Source: Alphaproteobacteria bacterium
Lineage (GTDB): Bacteria > Pseudomonadota > Alphaproteobacteria > UBA2966
NCBI GenBank assembly: GCA_964291395.2
Contig: OZ219856.1
Coordinates: 1,728,001 to 1,792,000 of the forward strand
Direction of reading: 5' to 3'
Length of the DNA: 64,000 bases
Part shown: one piece after another, positions 14,512 to 23,743 of the stretch
Position numbering within the stretch: the first letter of the stretch is position 1
How the letters are laid out: each line of letters opens with the position of its first letter
The notes under the pieces: generated by a model
Databases searched by the model: none
What the model was told of the DNA's origin: nothing
The model's input: only the letters and a program-made list of their open reading frames with translations
Translations under genes and position numbers: made by a program

Positions 14512-15767
14512 CGGCGGTCCGCGACGCCCTTTGCGGCGCGGCACTCGCCATTGTCTGGATCGCCGCTCCGATGGGCAGTACCAGCGCGCGTGCCGAGCCC
14601 TGGATCGCCGCACACGAGTTTTCTGGAAACGTGAGCCTCGAAAACCGCTGGTATCCGAAAGCCGCCGCGCATCCCGGCCAGCGGGCGCACGCCAGCGGCT
14701 TCGTCGCTGCGCCCCGACTGTATCTCGAGGACGCCGAGGGCCGAAGCGTCACCCTGGCGCCGTTCCTTCGCTACGACGCCGGAGACCCGGACCGTACCCA
14801 CGCGGACCTGCGCGAAGCCTATATATTGCTGGTCGGCGAGATCGGCGACGGCGAATGGGAGTTACGCGCCGGCATCGACCGGGTGTTCTGGGGCGTCGCC
14901 GAATCGCGCCACTTGGTTGATATCGTCAATCAGACCGACCTCGTGGAACACCCCAACGAAGAGGCCAAGCTGGGCCAGCCCATGGTTCATGTCACCTGGT
15001 CAGGGGATTGGGGTGCGGCAGAACTGTTCGGCCTGCCCTATCACCGCGCCCGCACCTTTCCTGGCCGTCGCGGCCGCCTGCGTGGCCCGCTTGTCGTCGA
15101 CAACGACCGTGCCACATACGAGAGCGCGGCCGGCAAGCGGCATTTCGACTTCGCCGCCCGGTACAGCCACGGTTTCGGGCCCCTCGACCTTGGCCTGAGC
15201 CTGTTCGACGGCACCAGCCGAGAGCCCGCCCTGATCCCGGTCGCGGTGTCCGGCAGCGGGCCGGTCCTGATGCCGCACTACGCGCGGATCCGGCAACTCG
15301 GGCTGGACGCCCAGGTGACCACCGGAGCGTGGCTGCTCAAGCTCGAAGCCATCGGGCGCGCCGGCGCCCGCGACCGCATCGGCCGGAAACAGGATTACGC
15401 TGCCGTCGTCGCGGGATTCGAATACACGCTCTATTCGGTTCTCGGCTTCACGGCCGACCTCGGGTTGCTGGGCGAATGGAACCGCGACGGGCGCGGCCAG
15501 GACGCGACCAACCAGTTCCAGAACGATCTGTTCCTCGGCGCACGCTTGGCGCTCAACGACGTTCAGGGCACCGAGTTCCTCGCCGGCGTGCTGGCGGACG
15601 CCGATCATGGCACCGGCACGCTGACCGTCGAATTCGACCGGCGTCTGTCGGACCGCTGGTCGCTGCATCTGGAGGCGGTCGCCCTGTTCGGCGTCGGCGA
15701 GGCCGATATCGCCTACTCGACCCGTCGCGACAGCTTCATGGCGATGAACCTGACCTACAGCTTCTGA
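14475..15767 (+). CDS. Putative outer-membrane beta-barrel protein of the type found beside LolA-like/MMPL genes (start uncertain)
   Basis: Signal-like N-terminus, DLREAY, GIDRVFWGVAESRHLVDIVNQTD, terminal aromatic ...LTYSF. Confidence 0.75.
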   Translation: MAVSASAETGVSTAVRDALCGAALAIVWIAAPMGSTSARAEPWIAAHEFSGNVSLENRWYPKAAAHPGQRAHASGFVAAPRLYLEDAEGRSVTLAPFLRYDAGDPDRTHADLREAYILLVGEIGDGEWELRAGIDRVFWGVAESRHLVDIVNQTDLVEHPNEEAKLGQPMVHVTWSGDWGAAELFGLPYHRARTFPGRRGRLRGPLVVDNDRATYESAAGKRHFDFAARYSHGFGPLDLGLSLFDGTSREPALIPVAVSGSGPVLMPHYARIRQLGLDAQVTTGAWLLKLEAIGRAGARDRIGRKQDYAAVVAGFEYTLYSVLGFTADLGLLGEWNRDGRGQDATNQFQNDLFLGARLALNDVQGTEFLAGVLADADHGTGTLTVEFDRRLSDRWSLHLEAVALFGVGEADIAYSTRRDSFMAMNLTYSF

Positions 15768-15834
15768 TCAGACCAATGATCACGCCGCCCGGCCGGCGGA
15801 ACCGGCCAACCCCCGCAGAGTACGAAAGCGACGA

Positions 15835-16692
15835 TCAGCTCCCGAACTTCACCGCATCCCAGTACGTCTTGTTGAGGGGCGATATCAGCGCGTCATGCCC
15901 CACCGTCAGACAATCCCGCAGGGACAGCGAGTTGCGGCCGGTCACGGAGGTCGAGCGCATATAGGCGGAGCCCTCCGTATGGACGTGGCAGTTGTCGAAA
16001 GTCCGCTTTGCCGTGGAAATGGCCGAGCGATAGATGTCGTCACTCGGCAACATCACCGCGACCTTGTCCCACACCGAGTTGCGCAGGCGCGTCGATGCCG
16101 CGCGGTTTCCCGGCGGCAGCAGCGTAACCACACGGTTCAGAACATCGGCGGCGGCCACCTTGGCCTTGTTCTGATCGACCACACGGGTGCCAAGCTCGCG
16201 CAGCGGCCCGGTCGCGATCGCAATATCCTGCTCGGTCTGCCGGTTGTAGTCGTTGGGCTTCTCCTCAGGCAGCAACGAAACGTTCGCCCCGATGTCGATG
16301 GCGACCCGGACCACGCCGTGTTTGTCCAAGAGCCTCTTGGGGAGGCTCATGTTGACCACGGTCTGGCCGCGGGGCGCGATGATCTCGAGCGCACTGCCGT
16401 CGGCGATCTCGACAACCTCGCCGGATGGCTTCACGCCGAGTACCCGGATGCCCTCACCGCCATTGTGGGCGTGATACACCTGATTGCGGGACGGACCCTT
16501 GCGCTCCTGCTGCAGACAGAAGGTGGTGAAATCCGCAGCGCAATAAAAAGTGTTGCATTTCAAGGGGATCGGTCCGTTACTTGCCACGAGGCCGAGGATC
16601 TGCGGCGCCGCCTGAGCGGAACCGGACCACGCCAAGGCCGAGCCGGCGGCCACGAACGCGGCGATTATCAGTTTGCGGAAAATCAGACGCAT
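15835..16692 (-). CDS. Secreted cysteine-patterned hypothetical protein
   Basis: Clear signal peptide (AQA|AP), C-x4-C-x7-C near the N-terminus, GGAG RBS, host-like codon usage. Confidence 0.75.
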   Translation of the reverse strand: MRLIFRKLIIAAFVAAGSALAWSGSAQAAPQILGLVASNGPIPLKCNTFYCAADFTTFCLQQERKGPSRNQVYHAHNGGEGIRVLGVKPSGEVVEIADGSALEIIAPRGQTVVNMSLPKRLLDKHGVVRVAIDIGANVSLLPEEKPNDYNRQTEQDIAIATGPLRELGTRVVDQNKAKVAAADVLNRVVTLLPPGNRAASTRLRNSVWDKVAVMLPSDDIYRSAISTAKRTFDNCHVHTEGSAYMRSTSVTGRNSLSLRDCLTVGHDALISPLNKTYWDAVKFGS

Positions 16693-16994
16693 TTACGCTC
16701 CCTCCATTGGACGCGGGGCGTGATGCGGCTGCACCAACGTGTCCCACGCGTGCAGGCTGGCTTCTTGCCATACGGATGTTCTCACGGCTCCGATTGCGGG
16801 GTCAACGCAGCATGCCTGTCACGTGCTCACGAGATCGTGATCGGAGCGGATCGACATGTTTCCCGGCCGATCCCTCGATACCCAACACCTGTTGCCGTTC
16901 ACATTTCCGAACAGGAGTGCGTGCACGCGCTTGAGCGTAGATGTGATCGATGGATCAGGATGACACCGGAACGCCGGCCTCCTACATTCCAGGC

Positions 16995-18347
16995 ATGAGC
17001 GGAAGATCGCCGATTCATGTCATCGGTGGTGGCCTTGCCGGCTGCGAAGCGGCTTGGCAGTCGGCCCGTGCGGGAGTTCCTGCGGTCATTCATGAGATGC
17101 GTCCGGAGCGGGGCACGGATGCTCACATAACGGGTCGGCTCGCCGAACTCGTATGCTCGAATTCCTTTCGTTCGGATGATACCGAGAACAACGCCGTGGG
17201 ATTGCTGCACGAAGAAATGCGCCGGGCCGGATCCTTGATCATGCGCGCAGCGGACGCCCATAGAGTTCCCGCGGGATCGGCCCTGGCCGTGGACCGCGCC
17301 GGGTTTTCCGACGTCGTCGAATCCGCAATGGCCGCGGAACCTCTCATTAACATCGATCGTCACGAGGTTTCGGACCTGCCGGCGGAGGATTGGGACCCGA
17401 CGATCATCGCGACAGGGCCGCTGACGTCACCCGGCCTCGCCGCCGCCATCCAGAGCCTGACCGGCGAGGACGCACTGGCCTTCTTCGACGCCATCTCTCC
17501 CATCGTCTATCGGGACAGCATCGATTTCTCCAAAGCGTGGTACCAGTCGCGCTATGACAAAGGTGACCCCGAAGGCGGGGGCGACTACATCAACTGCCCA
17601 CTCGACCGTGCACAGTATGAATCCTTGATCGCGGCGATCCTGGGAGCCGACAAGATCGAATTCAAGGAGTGGGAAGCCATCACGCCCTACTTCGAGGGAT
17701 GCCTGCCCATCGAGATCATGGCCGAACGCGGGGTGGAGACCCTGCGATACGGGCCCATGAAGCCGGTGGGATTGACGGATCCACGGACGGGCGAACGACC
17801 GCATGCAGTGGTCCAGCTTCGCCAGGACAATACGCTGGGAACGCTCTACAACATCGTGGGGTTCCAGACCAAGCTGCGCTACGCCGGGCAGCGGCGCATC
17901 TTCCGTACTATCCCGGGCCTCGAAAACGCACGCTTCGCGCGCCTCGGCGGCGTGCACCGCAACACCTTCATCAACAGCCCGCGGCTCCTGGATTCGGAGT
18001 TCAGGCTCAAGGCCATGCCGCGTCTCCGGTTCGCCGGACAAATCACCGGCGTCGAAGGCTACGTGGAGAGCGCCGCGATCGGCTTGCTGGCAGGCCGTTT
18101 TTCCGCGGCGGAAGTGAAGGGTGAAGCGGCAGATCCGCCGCCCGCGACGACGGCCCTCGGAGCCCTCCTCGCCCACATAACGGGCGGCGCCGATGCTGGC
18201 ACGTTCCAGCCGATGAACGTGAATTTCGGTCTGTTTCCGCCGCTGGCGGAATACACGACGAAGCGCAAGCGCAAACCGGCCTTGTCGCGCCGCGCCCTCG
18301 CAGACATCGACGCGTGGCTTGGCGTTTCAAAAATCGCGGCGGAATAA
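16995..18347 (+). CDS. trmFO: Methylenetetrahydrofolate-tRNA (uracil-5-)-methyltransferase TrmFO
   Basis: [57 protein letters not shown]. Confidence 0.97.
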   Translation: MSGRSPIHVIGGGLAGCEAAWQSARAGVPAVIHEMRPERGTDAHITGRLAELVCSNSFRSDDTENNAVGLLHEEMRRAGSLIMRAADAHRVPAGSALAVDRAGFSDVVESAMAAEPLINIDRHEVSDLPAEDWDPTIIATGPLTSPGLAAAIQSLTGEDALAFFDAISPIVYRDSIDFSKAWYQSRYDKGDPEGGGDYINCPLDRAQYESLIAAILGADKIEFKEWEAITPYFEGCLPIEIMAERGVETLRYGPMKPVGLTDPRTGERPHAVVQLRQDNTLGTLYNIVGFQTKLRYAGQRRIFRTIPGLENARFARLGGVHRNTFINSPRLLDSEFRLKAMPRLRFAGQITGVEGYVESAAIGLLAGRFSAAEVKGEAADPPPATTALGALLAHITGGADAGTFQPMNVNFGLFPPLAEYTTKRKRKPALSRRALADIDAWLGVSKIAAE

Positions 18348-18426
18348 TGGGCGAAGCTTCTCGGGAATGGGCCAGGCCGTCCGGCCCCGACACGATGATC
18401 GTAGCGTAACCTCCATTCGTCAGCGT

Positions 18427-19275
18427 TCAGTAGCGCTTCCGAAACGACGCCCAGACAAGGCGTAGCTGGCGCAAGAGCCGGTTCGACTCGTCCCGCAGCG
18501 CGAACGGATCGTGACTCGACCGTCGTAGTTCCCTCACATATGCGTCGGCGAGAACCGCCGGCAAGAGCGCCGGGAGGGACTCCAGCGGGACGTCACGCCG
18601 CAGGTCCCGCGCCTGCCGAAGATGTCGTGACACGCTCTCAACGATGGGTTCGAGAACTGGCACCAAACGTACGGCCGCCCCGGGAGAGGACAAGCTCTCC
18701 GTACTGAGCTGCGCTTCAGCCAGGGCATCCTGCGGGAGGTACACGCGCCCCATACGGGTGTGATACGGCAACCCGCGAACCAAACCGATCAGCGCCCAGG
18801 CCGTGCCCACGTGGTCCGCCGCCGCAGCCGCTTTCGGGGCCTTCACACCCAGCACCGTCAAGCACGCGCGATGGAGGGCACCCGAAGTTCCTCTCGCGAA
18901 CTGCTCCAACGCCTCGAATGACTGGAACCCCTGCTCGACAAACTCCCGCTCCCGCGCGTCAATCATGCTCTCCAGCACATCCCGGGAGATCGAATGCTGC
19001 GCGACGGCACCCGCCAAAGCAAGTGCGACGGGATGCCGACGGGGCGTCCCGCCGAAGACTCCCTTGATGGTCTCGGACCACCAGGTCAGACGCATCCGGC
19101 CCAGCATCGGCTCGCCGACCCGCTCGCGAATTCGCCCAAGCTCCAGATTCAAGGCAAGCAGCGCGATAAGAGCCGGACGCCGATGTTCGGGCGCGAACAG
19201 CGTGCACAGATAGCGGTCGTAGTCGTGGCGCCGCACATCGTCGCTGAGGGAGGTATCTGGAGAAGCTTCTATCAC
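18427..19275 (-). CDS. Squalene/phytoene synthase family protein (NDUFAF6-like)
   Basis: VRRHDYDRYLCTLFAP and EPMLGRMRLTWW; usual position near Mth938/secF. Confidence 0.88.
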   Translation of the reverse strand: MIEASPDTSLSDDVRRHDYDRYLCTLFAPEHRRPALIALLALNLELGRIRERVGEPMLGRMRLTWWSETIKGVFGGTPRRHPVALALAGAVAQHSISRDVLESMIDAREREFVEQGFQSFEALEQFARGTSGALHRACLTVLGVKAPKAAAAADHVGTAWALIGLVRGLPYHTRMGRVYLPQDALAEAQLSTESLSSPGAAVRLVPVLEPIVESVSRHLRQARDLRRDVPLESLPALLPAVLADAYVRELRRSSHDPFALRDESNRLLRQLRLVWASFRKRY

Positions 19276-19342
19276 GGACCTCGAGCGGTTGCCGATATCG
19301 GCCCCGACTCACGAGAGAATTACGGTCAACGTATATTCTCCT

Positions 19343-19387
19343 TACAACATCATGGCTACATGTTGGTTACCAGCACAATATGTTGTG
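19343..19387. promoter_or_regulatory. Tandem NrdR-box-like sites
   Basis: CACAATATGTTGTG at 19374-19387 fits the NrdR consensus (acaCwAtATaTwGtg). A weaker TACAACATCATGGC starts 31 bp upstream, in an AT-rich intergenic region. Confidence 0.55.
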
Positions 19388-19470
19388 GTATAGATAGTGT
19401 GATATAATTGGACTGGTTCGTTGAGAATAATCCGCAACGACAAAGAGGCGATACACAAGAGGGAGCGCAA

Positions 19471-19563
19471 ATGAACCCGCTGGACTCACTAACTGGAACG
19501 ATCATCTCGGGACTCGTGATAACGGTCGTCATGGTCATACTCATCAACGTGATTGGTGCTTAG
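19471..19563 (+). CDS. 30-aa single-transmembrane peptide (MNPLDSLTGTIISGLVITVVMVILINVIGA)
   Basis: Strong RBS (AGAGGGAG) before ATG 19471; hydrophobic core; same frame as the downstream gene; below the ORF-track size cutoff. Confidence 0.7.
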   Translation: MNPLDSLTGTIISGLVITVVMVILINVIGA

Positions 19564-19581
19564 GGACAGGGGAAGCGGACT

Positions 19582-20088
19582 ATGGAACTCGACTACACCT
19601 GGTGGACCTTCTTCATTCGCTGGCTGCACGTGCTCAGCGGATTCATGTGGATCGGATTGCTCTGGTACTTCAACTTCGTACAGACCCCGAGCATGCCGAA
19701 GATCCCTGACGAGCAGAAACCCGCTGTATCGAAGGTCATCGCGCCCGCTGCGCTGTTCTGGTTCCGTTGGGCGGCGCTGTCCACGATCGTCTTTGGCCTG
19801 ATCCTGGCCTATATGCAGGGGTACCTGGGGCCGGCATTGGGTCTCGGTCTCACGGACAACGATGCCAAGCACGCCTCCATCGGCTTCGGCATGTGGATGG
19901 GCCTGATCATGGCGTTCAACGTCTGGTTCATCATCTGGCCGAACCAGAAGAAGGCTCTCGGCATCGTGGAGGTATCCGACGAGGAACGGCCCAAGGCCGC
20001 CCGCCTCGCCGGTGTGACGTCGCGCGTCAATACGATGCTCTCGATCCCCATGCTCTATGCCATGGTGAGCGCACAGAATATCTACTGA
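19582..20088 (+). CDS. Urate hydroxylase PuuD-like membrane protein (short form, no cytochrome c domain)
   Basis: RWLHVLSGFMWIGLLWYFNFVQ, ALFWFRWAA, MAFNVWFIIWPNQKK, SRVNTMLSIPML. Confidence 0.85.
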   Translation: MELDYTWWTFFIRWLHVLSGFMWIGLLWYFNFVQTPSMPKIPDEQKPAVSKVIAPAALFWFRWAALSTIVFGLILAYMQGYLGPALGLGLTDNDAKHASIGFGMWMGLIMAFNVWFIIWPNQKKALGIVEVSDEERPKAARLAGVTSRVNTMLSIPMLYAMVSAQNIY

Positions 20089-20115
20089 TCGATACCTTGA
20101 GCAGTCAAACGGATC

Positions 20116-20142
20116 GATCGGGGGCCTTCGCGGCCCCCGATC
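20116..20142. terminator. Hairpin between convergent genes, probable terminator
   Basis: GATCGGGGGCC-ttcgc-GGCCCCCGATC, a perfect 11-bp stem; no strong U tract. Confidence 0.6.
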
Positions 20143-20167
20143 ACGTTACGGCTCGCGCAAGGGGATT

Positions 20168-20545
20168 CTAGTCGATGGCGATCAGGGCTGCAGCCACCCG
20201 GCGCTCCTCCGACAGAAGAACGTTCCAGGTCCGGCACGCCGCACCCGTATCCATCGGTTCGACGATGATCCCGTCACCTCGCAGAGGGGTACGGATGTCG
20301 TCCGCGATACGAACCATCTCATGACCGCACCCGATCAGCAGAATGTCGACACTGTCCGATGCACTTCGAATATCGGCGAAATCACCGACCGAAACCTCGT
20401 CGATGCGGGACACTGGCCAGGGCAGGACGCGCTCCAGGAAAACCAGGACCGATCCCGTGTAACGCTTTTCGGCGATGAAGAATCCGCCGCCGCCGTATCG
20501 CTGGATGATCTGACGTCCCTGCGGAATTTGCGGCGTGATATCCAC
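20168..20545 (-). CDS. Mth938-like domain protein
   Basis: IQRYGGGGF, LLIGCG, EPMDTGAACRTWNVLLSEERRVAAALI. Confidence 0.92.
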   Translation of the reverse strand: MDITPQIPQGRQIIQRYGGGGFFIAEKRYTGSVLVFLERVLPWPVSRIDEVSVGDFADIRSASDSVDILLIGCGHEMVRIADDIRTPLRGDGIIVEPMDTGAACRTWNVLLSEERRVAAALIAID

Positions 20546-20547
20546 GA

Positions 20548-21502
20548 TCAGCCCGTGTCAACCGCAGCCTCTTCGTCCCCCTCCGACTCCTCTTCCGAGA
20601 CGTCGCGGCGCAGACGGACGTAGATCAGGAGAGGCGCGGCGACGAAAATCGACGAATAGGTCCCGACCAGCACCCCCCAGATCATCGCGAACGTGAAGCC
20701 TTTGATGACCGCGCCCCCGAAGAAGAAACAGGGTCAACAGTGCGATGAGGGTCGTCGCGGACGTCATCGTGGTGCGCGACAGCGTGTCGTTGATACTGAC
20801 GTTAAGGAGTTCGGTCAGCGGCATCCGGCGGTACTTGCGCAAATTCTCGCGAATGCGGTCGTAGACCACGACCGTGTCGTTCACCGAGTAACCCACGATC
20901 GTCAAAATCGCCGCGATGATGGAGAGATTGAATTCAAGCCGGGTGAGCGCAAAAATTCCGATGGTCAGCACGACGTCATGAACGAGAGCTGCCACGGCAC
21001 CGATCGCAAACTGCCACTCGAAACGAAACCAGATATAGACCAGCATGGCGACGACCGCGAGAACACTCGCCAGCGTACCCGCGCGCACCAGCTCCGCGCT
21101 GACCTTCGGTCCTACGAATTCCACCCGGCGGTAAGAGATTTCGCCCGGTATCTCCACGGCCAGGGCCTCCTTTACCGCCGCGACCGCGCGCTGCTGCGCG
21201 GAGGACCCCCCTGGTTGACGCTCGACGCGAATCAGTACGTCGGTATCTCTGCCAAACTCCTGCAACGCCACTTCGCCGAGACCCAGCCCCGACAAAGCGC
21301 CGCGCATGAGACCGAGGTCCGCCGGTCCCGGCGTGCCCACCTCAATCAGAATGCCGCCCTCGAAGTCGATTCCGTAGTTCAGATCCACCGTCACGAACAG
21401 CCCGATGGACGCAATGAACAGGAAACCTGAAAGGGCGAATGCCTTGGTCCGACGAGCCAGGAATTCGATGTTCGTCTTGGCGGGAACGAGTCTGAGGCGC
21501 AT
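20548..21502 (-). CDS. secF: Protein translocase subunit SecF with an apparent 1-nt frameshift near 20727
   Basis: GIDFEGG, EFVGPKV, GYSVNDTVVVYDRIREN. The conserved end FGGAVIKGFTFAMIWGVLVGTYSSIFVAAPLL lies in the adjacent frame and stops at 20548. Confidence 0.94.
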
Positions 21503-21517
21503 CTTCGTTGCCCAGCC

Positions 21518-23131
21518 TCAGATGGGTAGCGCAGCCGGTCGCCGCTGCCGCAGCCACTGGACGATCATCAGGCGCGTTACGGTGATCGCCGTGAACAACG
21601 ACGTCACGATCCCGATCGCCAATGTGACGGCGAATCCCTTGACCGGGCCCGACCCGAACTCGAACAGCAGGATCGCGGCGATCAGCGTCGTCACGTTGGC
21701 GTCGATGATAGTGGTGAGGGCACGCCTGTATCCCGCCTCGACCGCTGCGAACGGAGTCTTGCCCGTTCTCATCTCCTCGCGGATGCGTTCGAATACGAGC
21801 ACATTGGCATCCACCGCCATACCGATGGTGAGCACGATTCCGGCGATGCCCGGAAGGGTCAGCGTGGCTTGCAGCAGCGACAGAGCCCCGGCGATCAGGG
21901 CGATGTTGACCAGCAGGGCGATGTCCGCTGCCAATCCGAACAAGCCGTATGCCATACCCATGAAAATCATGACGAAGACGAACGCCAGGATGCCGGCGAT
22001 CTTGCCGGCCCGGATGGAGTCCGCGCCGAGATCCGGACCGACGGTGCGTTCCTCGAGAATTTTCAAGGGTGCCGGCAAGGCGCCTGCCCGCAACAGGACG
22101 GCCAGGTCGTTGGCCTGCTGCACCGTGAAGTTTCCGGTGATAATCCCCGAGCCTCCCAGAATCGGCTCCCGGATCTGCGGCGCGCTGATCACCTTGGAGT
22201 CGAGCACGATGGCGAGCGGACGGCCCACGTTTTCCTTGGTAACGTCGCCGAAGCGCTTGCCGCCGACGGCGTCGAAACGAAAGCTGACCACGGGCCTGCC
22301 CTGGTCGTAGGTGGGCTGCGAGTCGACCAGATTCTCGCCGCTCACATAGACGCGTTTCCGCACCACGTACTCGGCGGCACCCTCCTCCTGCGTGTCGGCC
22401 TCGAGGATCTGGGACCCCGGAGGGATACGGCCGCGCCGTGCGTCCTCGACCGTGGTCGTGGTGTCCAGCAGACGGAACGTGAGCTTTGCCGTCTTGCCCA
22501 GGAGACGCTTGATCCGGTCCGGGTCCTTCACGCCCGGCAACTGCACCAGGATCCGATCCTCACCCTGACGTTGGATCGTGGGCTCACGCGTGCCCACCTC
22601 GTCGACCCGGCGGCGCACGATCTCGATGGATTGCTCCACGGCAGCACGCTTGCGATCGCGGACCGCCTGTTCCGTCAGCGTCACGGTGACGAGGGAATCC
22701 GCCTCCTCCGAAACCTCGATATCGACGCCTCCTCCCTGACCGAAGATGTCGGGTGCCATCGGGTTTCCCAGGCCACGGATGAGCTCAAGGGCCTGGTCGA
22801 CCCGGTCGGCCTGCCGGATACGCACGTCCACGGCCCGGCCGTCGTCCACCACGCCCAGACCGGTGTAGCCGATGCGCTCACGGCGAAGTTCGGTACGGAT
22901 CGAATCGACCAGAGATTCGAGACGTTCGACGATGACGGCGTCGACCTCCACTTCCAGCAGCAGATGCGAACCGCCCTGGAGATCAAGCCCAAGGTTAATC
23001 TGCTTGTGGGGCAGCCAAGTGGGGAGACGTGCCGCGGATTGCTCCGAGATGAAGTTCGGCGCGGCGAAAACCACGCCCAACAAGCAAAGAGCCAAGACCA
23101 GCCCGATTTTCCATTTCGCGAAATAGAGCAT
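21518..23131 (-). CDS. secD: Protein translocase subunit SecD
   Basis: LGLDLQGG, LRAGALPAPL, GMAVDANVLVFERIREE. Confidence 0.97.
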   Translation of the reverse strand: MLYFAKWKIGLVLALCLLGVVFAAPNFISEQSAARLPTWLPHKQINLGLDLQGGSHLLLEVEVDAVIVERLESLVDSIRTELRRERIGYTGLGVVDDGRAVDVRIRQADRVDQALELIRGLGNPMAPDIFGQGGGVDIEVSEEADSLVTVTLTEQAVRDRKRAAVEQSIEIVRRRVDEVGTREPTIQRQGEDRILVQLPGVKDPDRIKRLLGKTAKLTFRLLDTTTTVEDARRGRIPPGSQILEADTQEEGAAEYVVRKRVYVSGENLVDSQPTYDQGRPVVSFRFDAVGGKRFGDVTKENVGRPLAIVLDSKVISAPQIREPILGGSGIITGNFTVQQANDLAVLLRAGALPAPLKILEERTVGPDLGADSIRAGKIAGILAFVFVMIFMGMAYGLFGLAADIALLVNIALIAGALSLLQATLTLPGIAGIVLTIGMAVDANVLVFERIREEMRTGKTPFAAVEAGYRRALTTIIDANVTTLIAAILLFEFGSGPVKGFAVTLAIGIVTSLFTAITVTRLMIVQWLRQRRPAALPI

Positions 23132-23159
23132 TCAGCGACCTGGTGCTCGTCTACCCAAG

Positions 23160-23567
23160 CTATTCGCCCCGCTTGCGGCCGAAGCCGAACAACGACCCGA
23201 GCAGGCCGCCACCCGCCTGCGGTCCTTGCGCGGCCGCCGGCGCGCCGCCCCTGACGGGTTCCGTCTTGCTTCGCACGTCGGAAAGAGTGCCTTTCACGAC
23301 CTGGACGCGGATACCCTCCGCGATCTCCACCGTAATGTCGTCCGTTTCCCCCACCTTCGTGACCTTGCCGACGATTCCGCCGCCGGTCACCACCACGTCG
23401 CCCCGACGCACCGCCTCCACCATCTCACGGTGCCGTTTCACCTTCCGCTGCTGCGGTCGAATGAGCAGGACGTAGAAGACCACGAAGATGATGATGAGGG
23501 GCAACAGGCCCGTGAAGAGGTCGCCCCCCCCACCCGCGGCTTGGGCGTATGCAGAAGAGATCAGCAT
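23160..23567 (-). CDS. yajC: Preprotein translocase subunit YajC
   Basis: FYVLLIRPQQR and GDVVVTGGGIVGKV; upstream of secD. Confidence 0.96.
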   Translation of the reverse strand: MLISSAYAQAAGGGGDLFTGLLPLIIIFVVFYVLLIRPQQRKVKRHREMVEAVRRGDVVVTGGGIVGKVTKVGETDDITVEIAEGIRVQVVKGTLSDVRSKTEPVRGGAPAAAQGPQAGGGLLGSLFGFGRKRGE

Positions 23568-23743
23568 TTACGGTCCCCGACTGACGAGCGCGAATTCGCC
23601 CGGACTATAGCTTCACACCCCGGATATGCAAACCGCGCCTCCCTCATGTAGGTCGCCAGCCGGCCATTGGCAATATGCCGAGGAATTCCGTGGCATGCGT
23701 GCCCTGTGATAGGTTGCGATGCCCTTTCAGATGAGTTGAACGG

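Noticed and set aside
18427-19275. Third squalene synthase belonging to the hpn islet
   Set aside because: It lacks the DDxxD motifs and matches the NDUFAF6-like family that is a normal neighbour of secF/Mth938.
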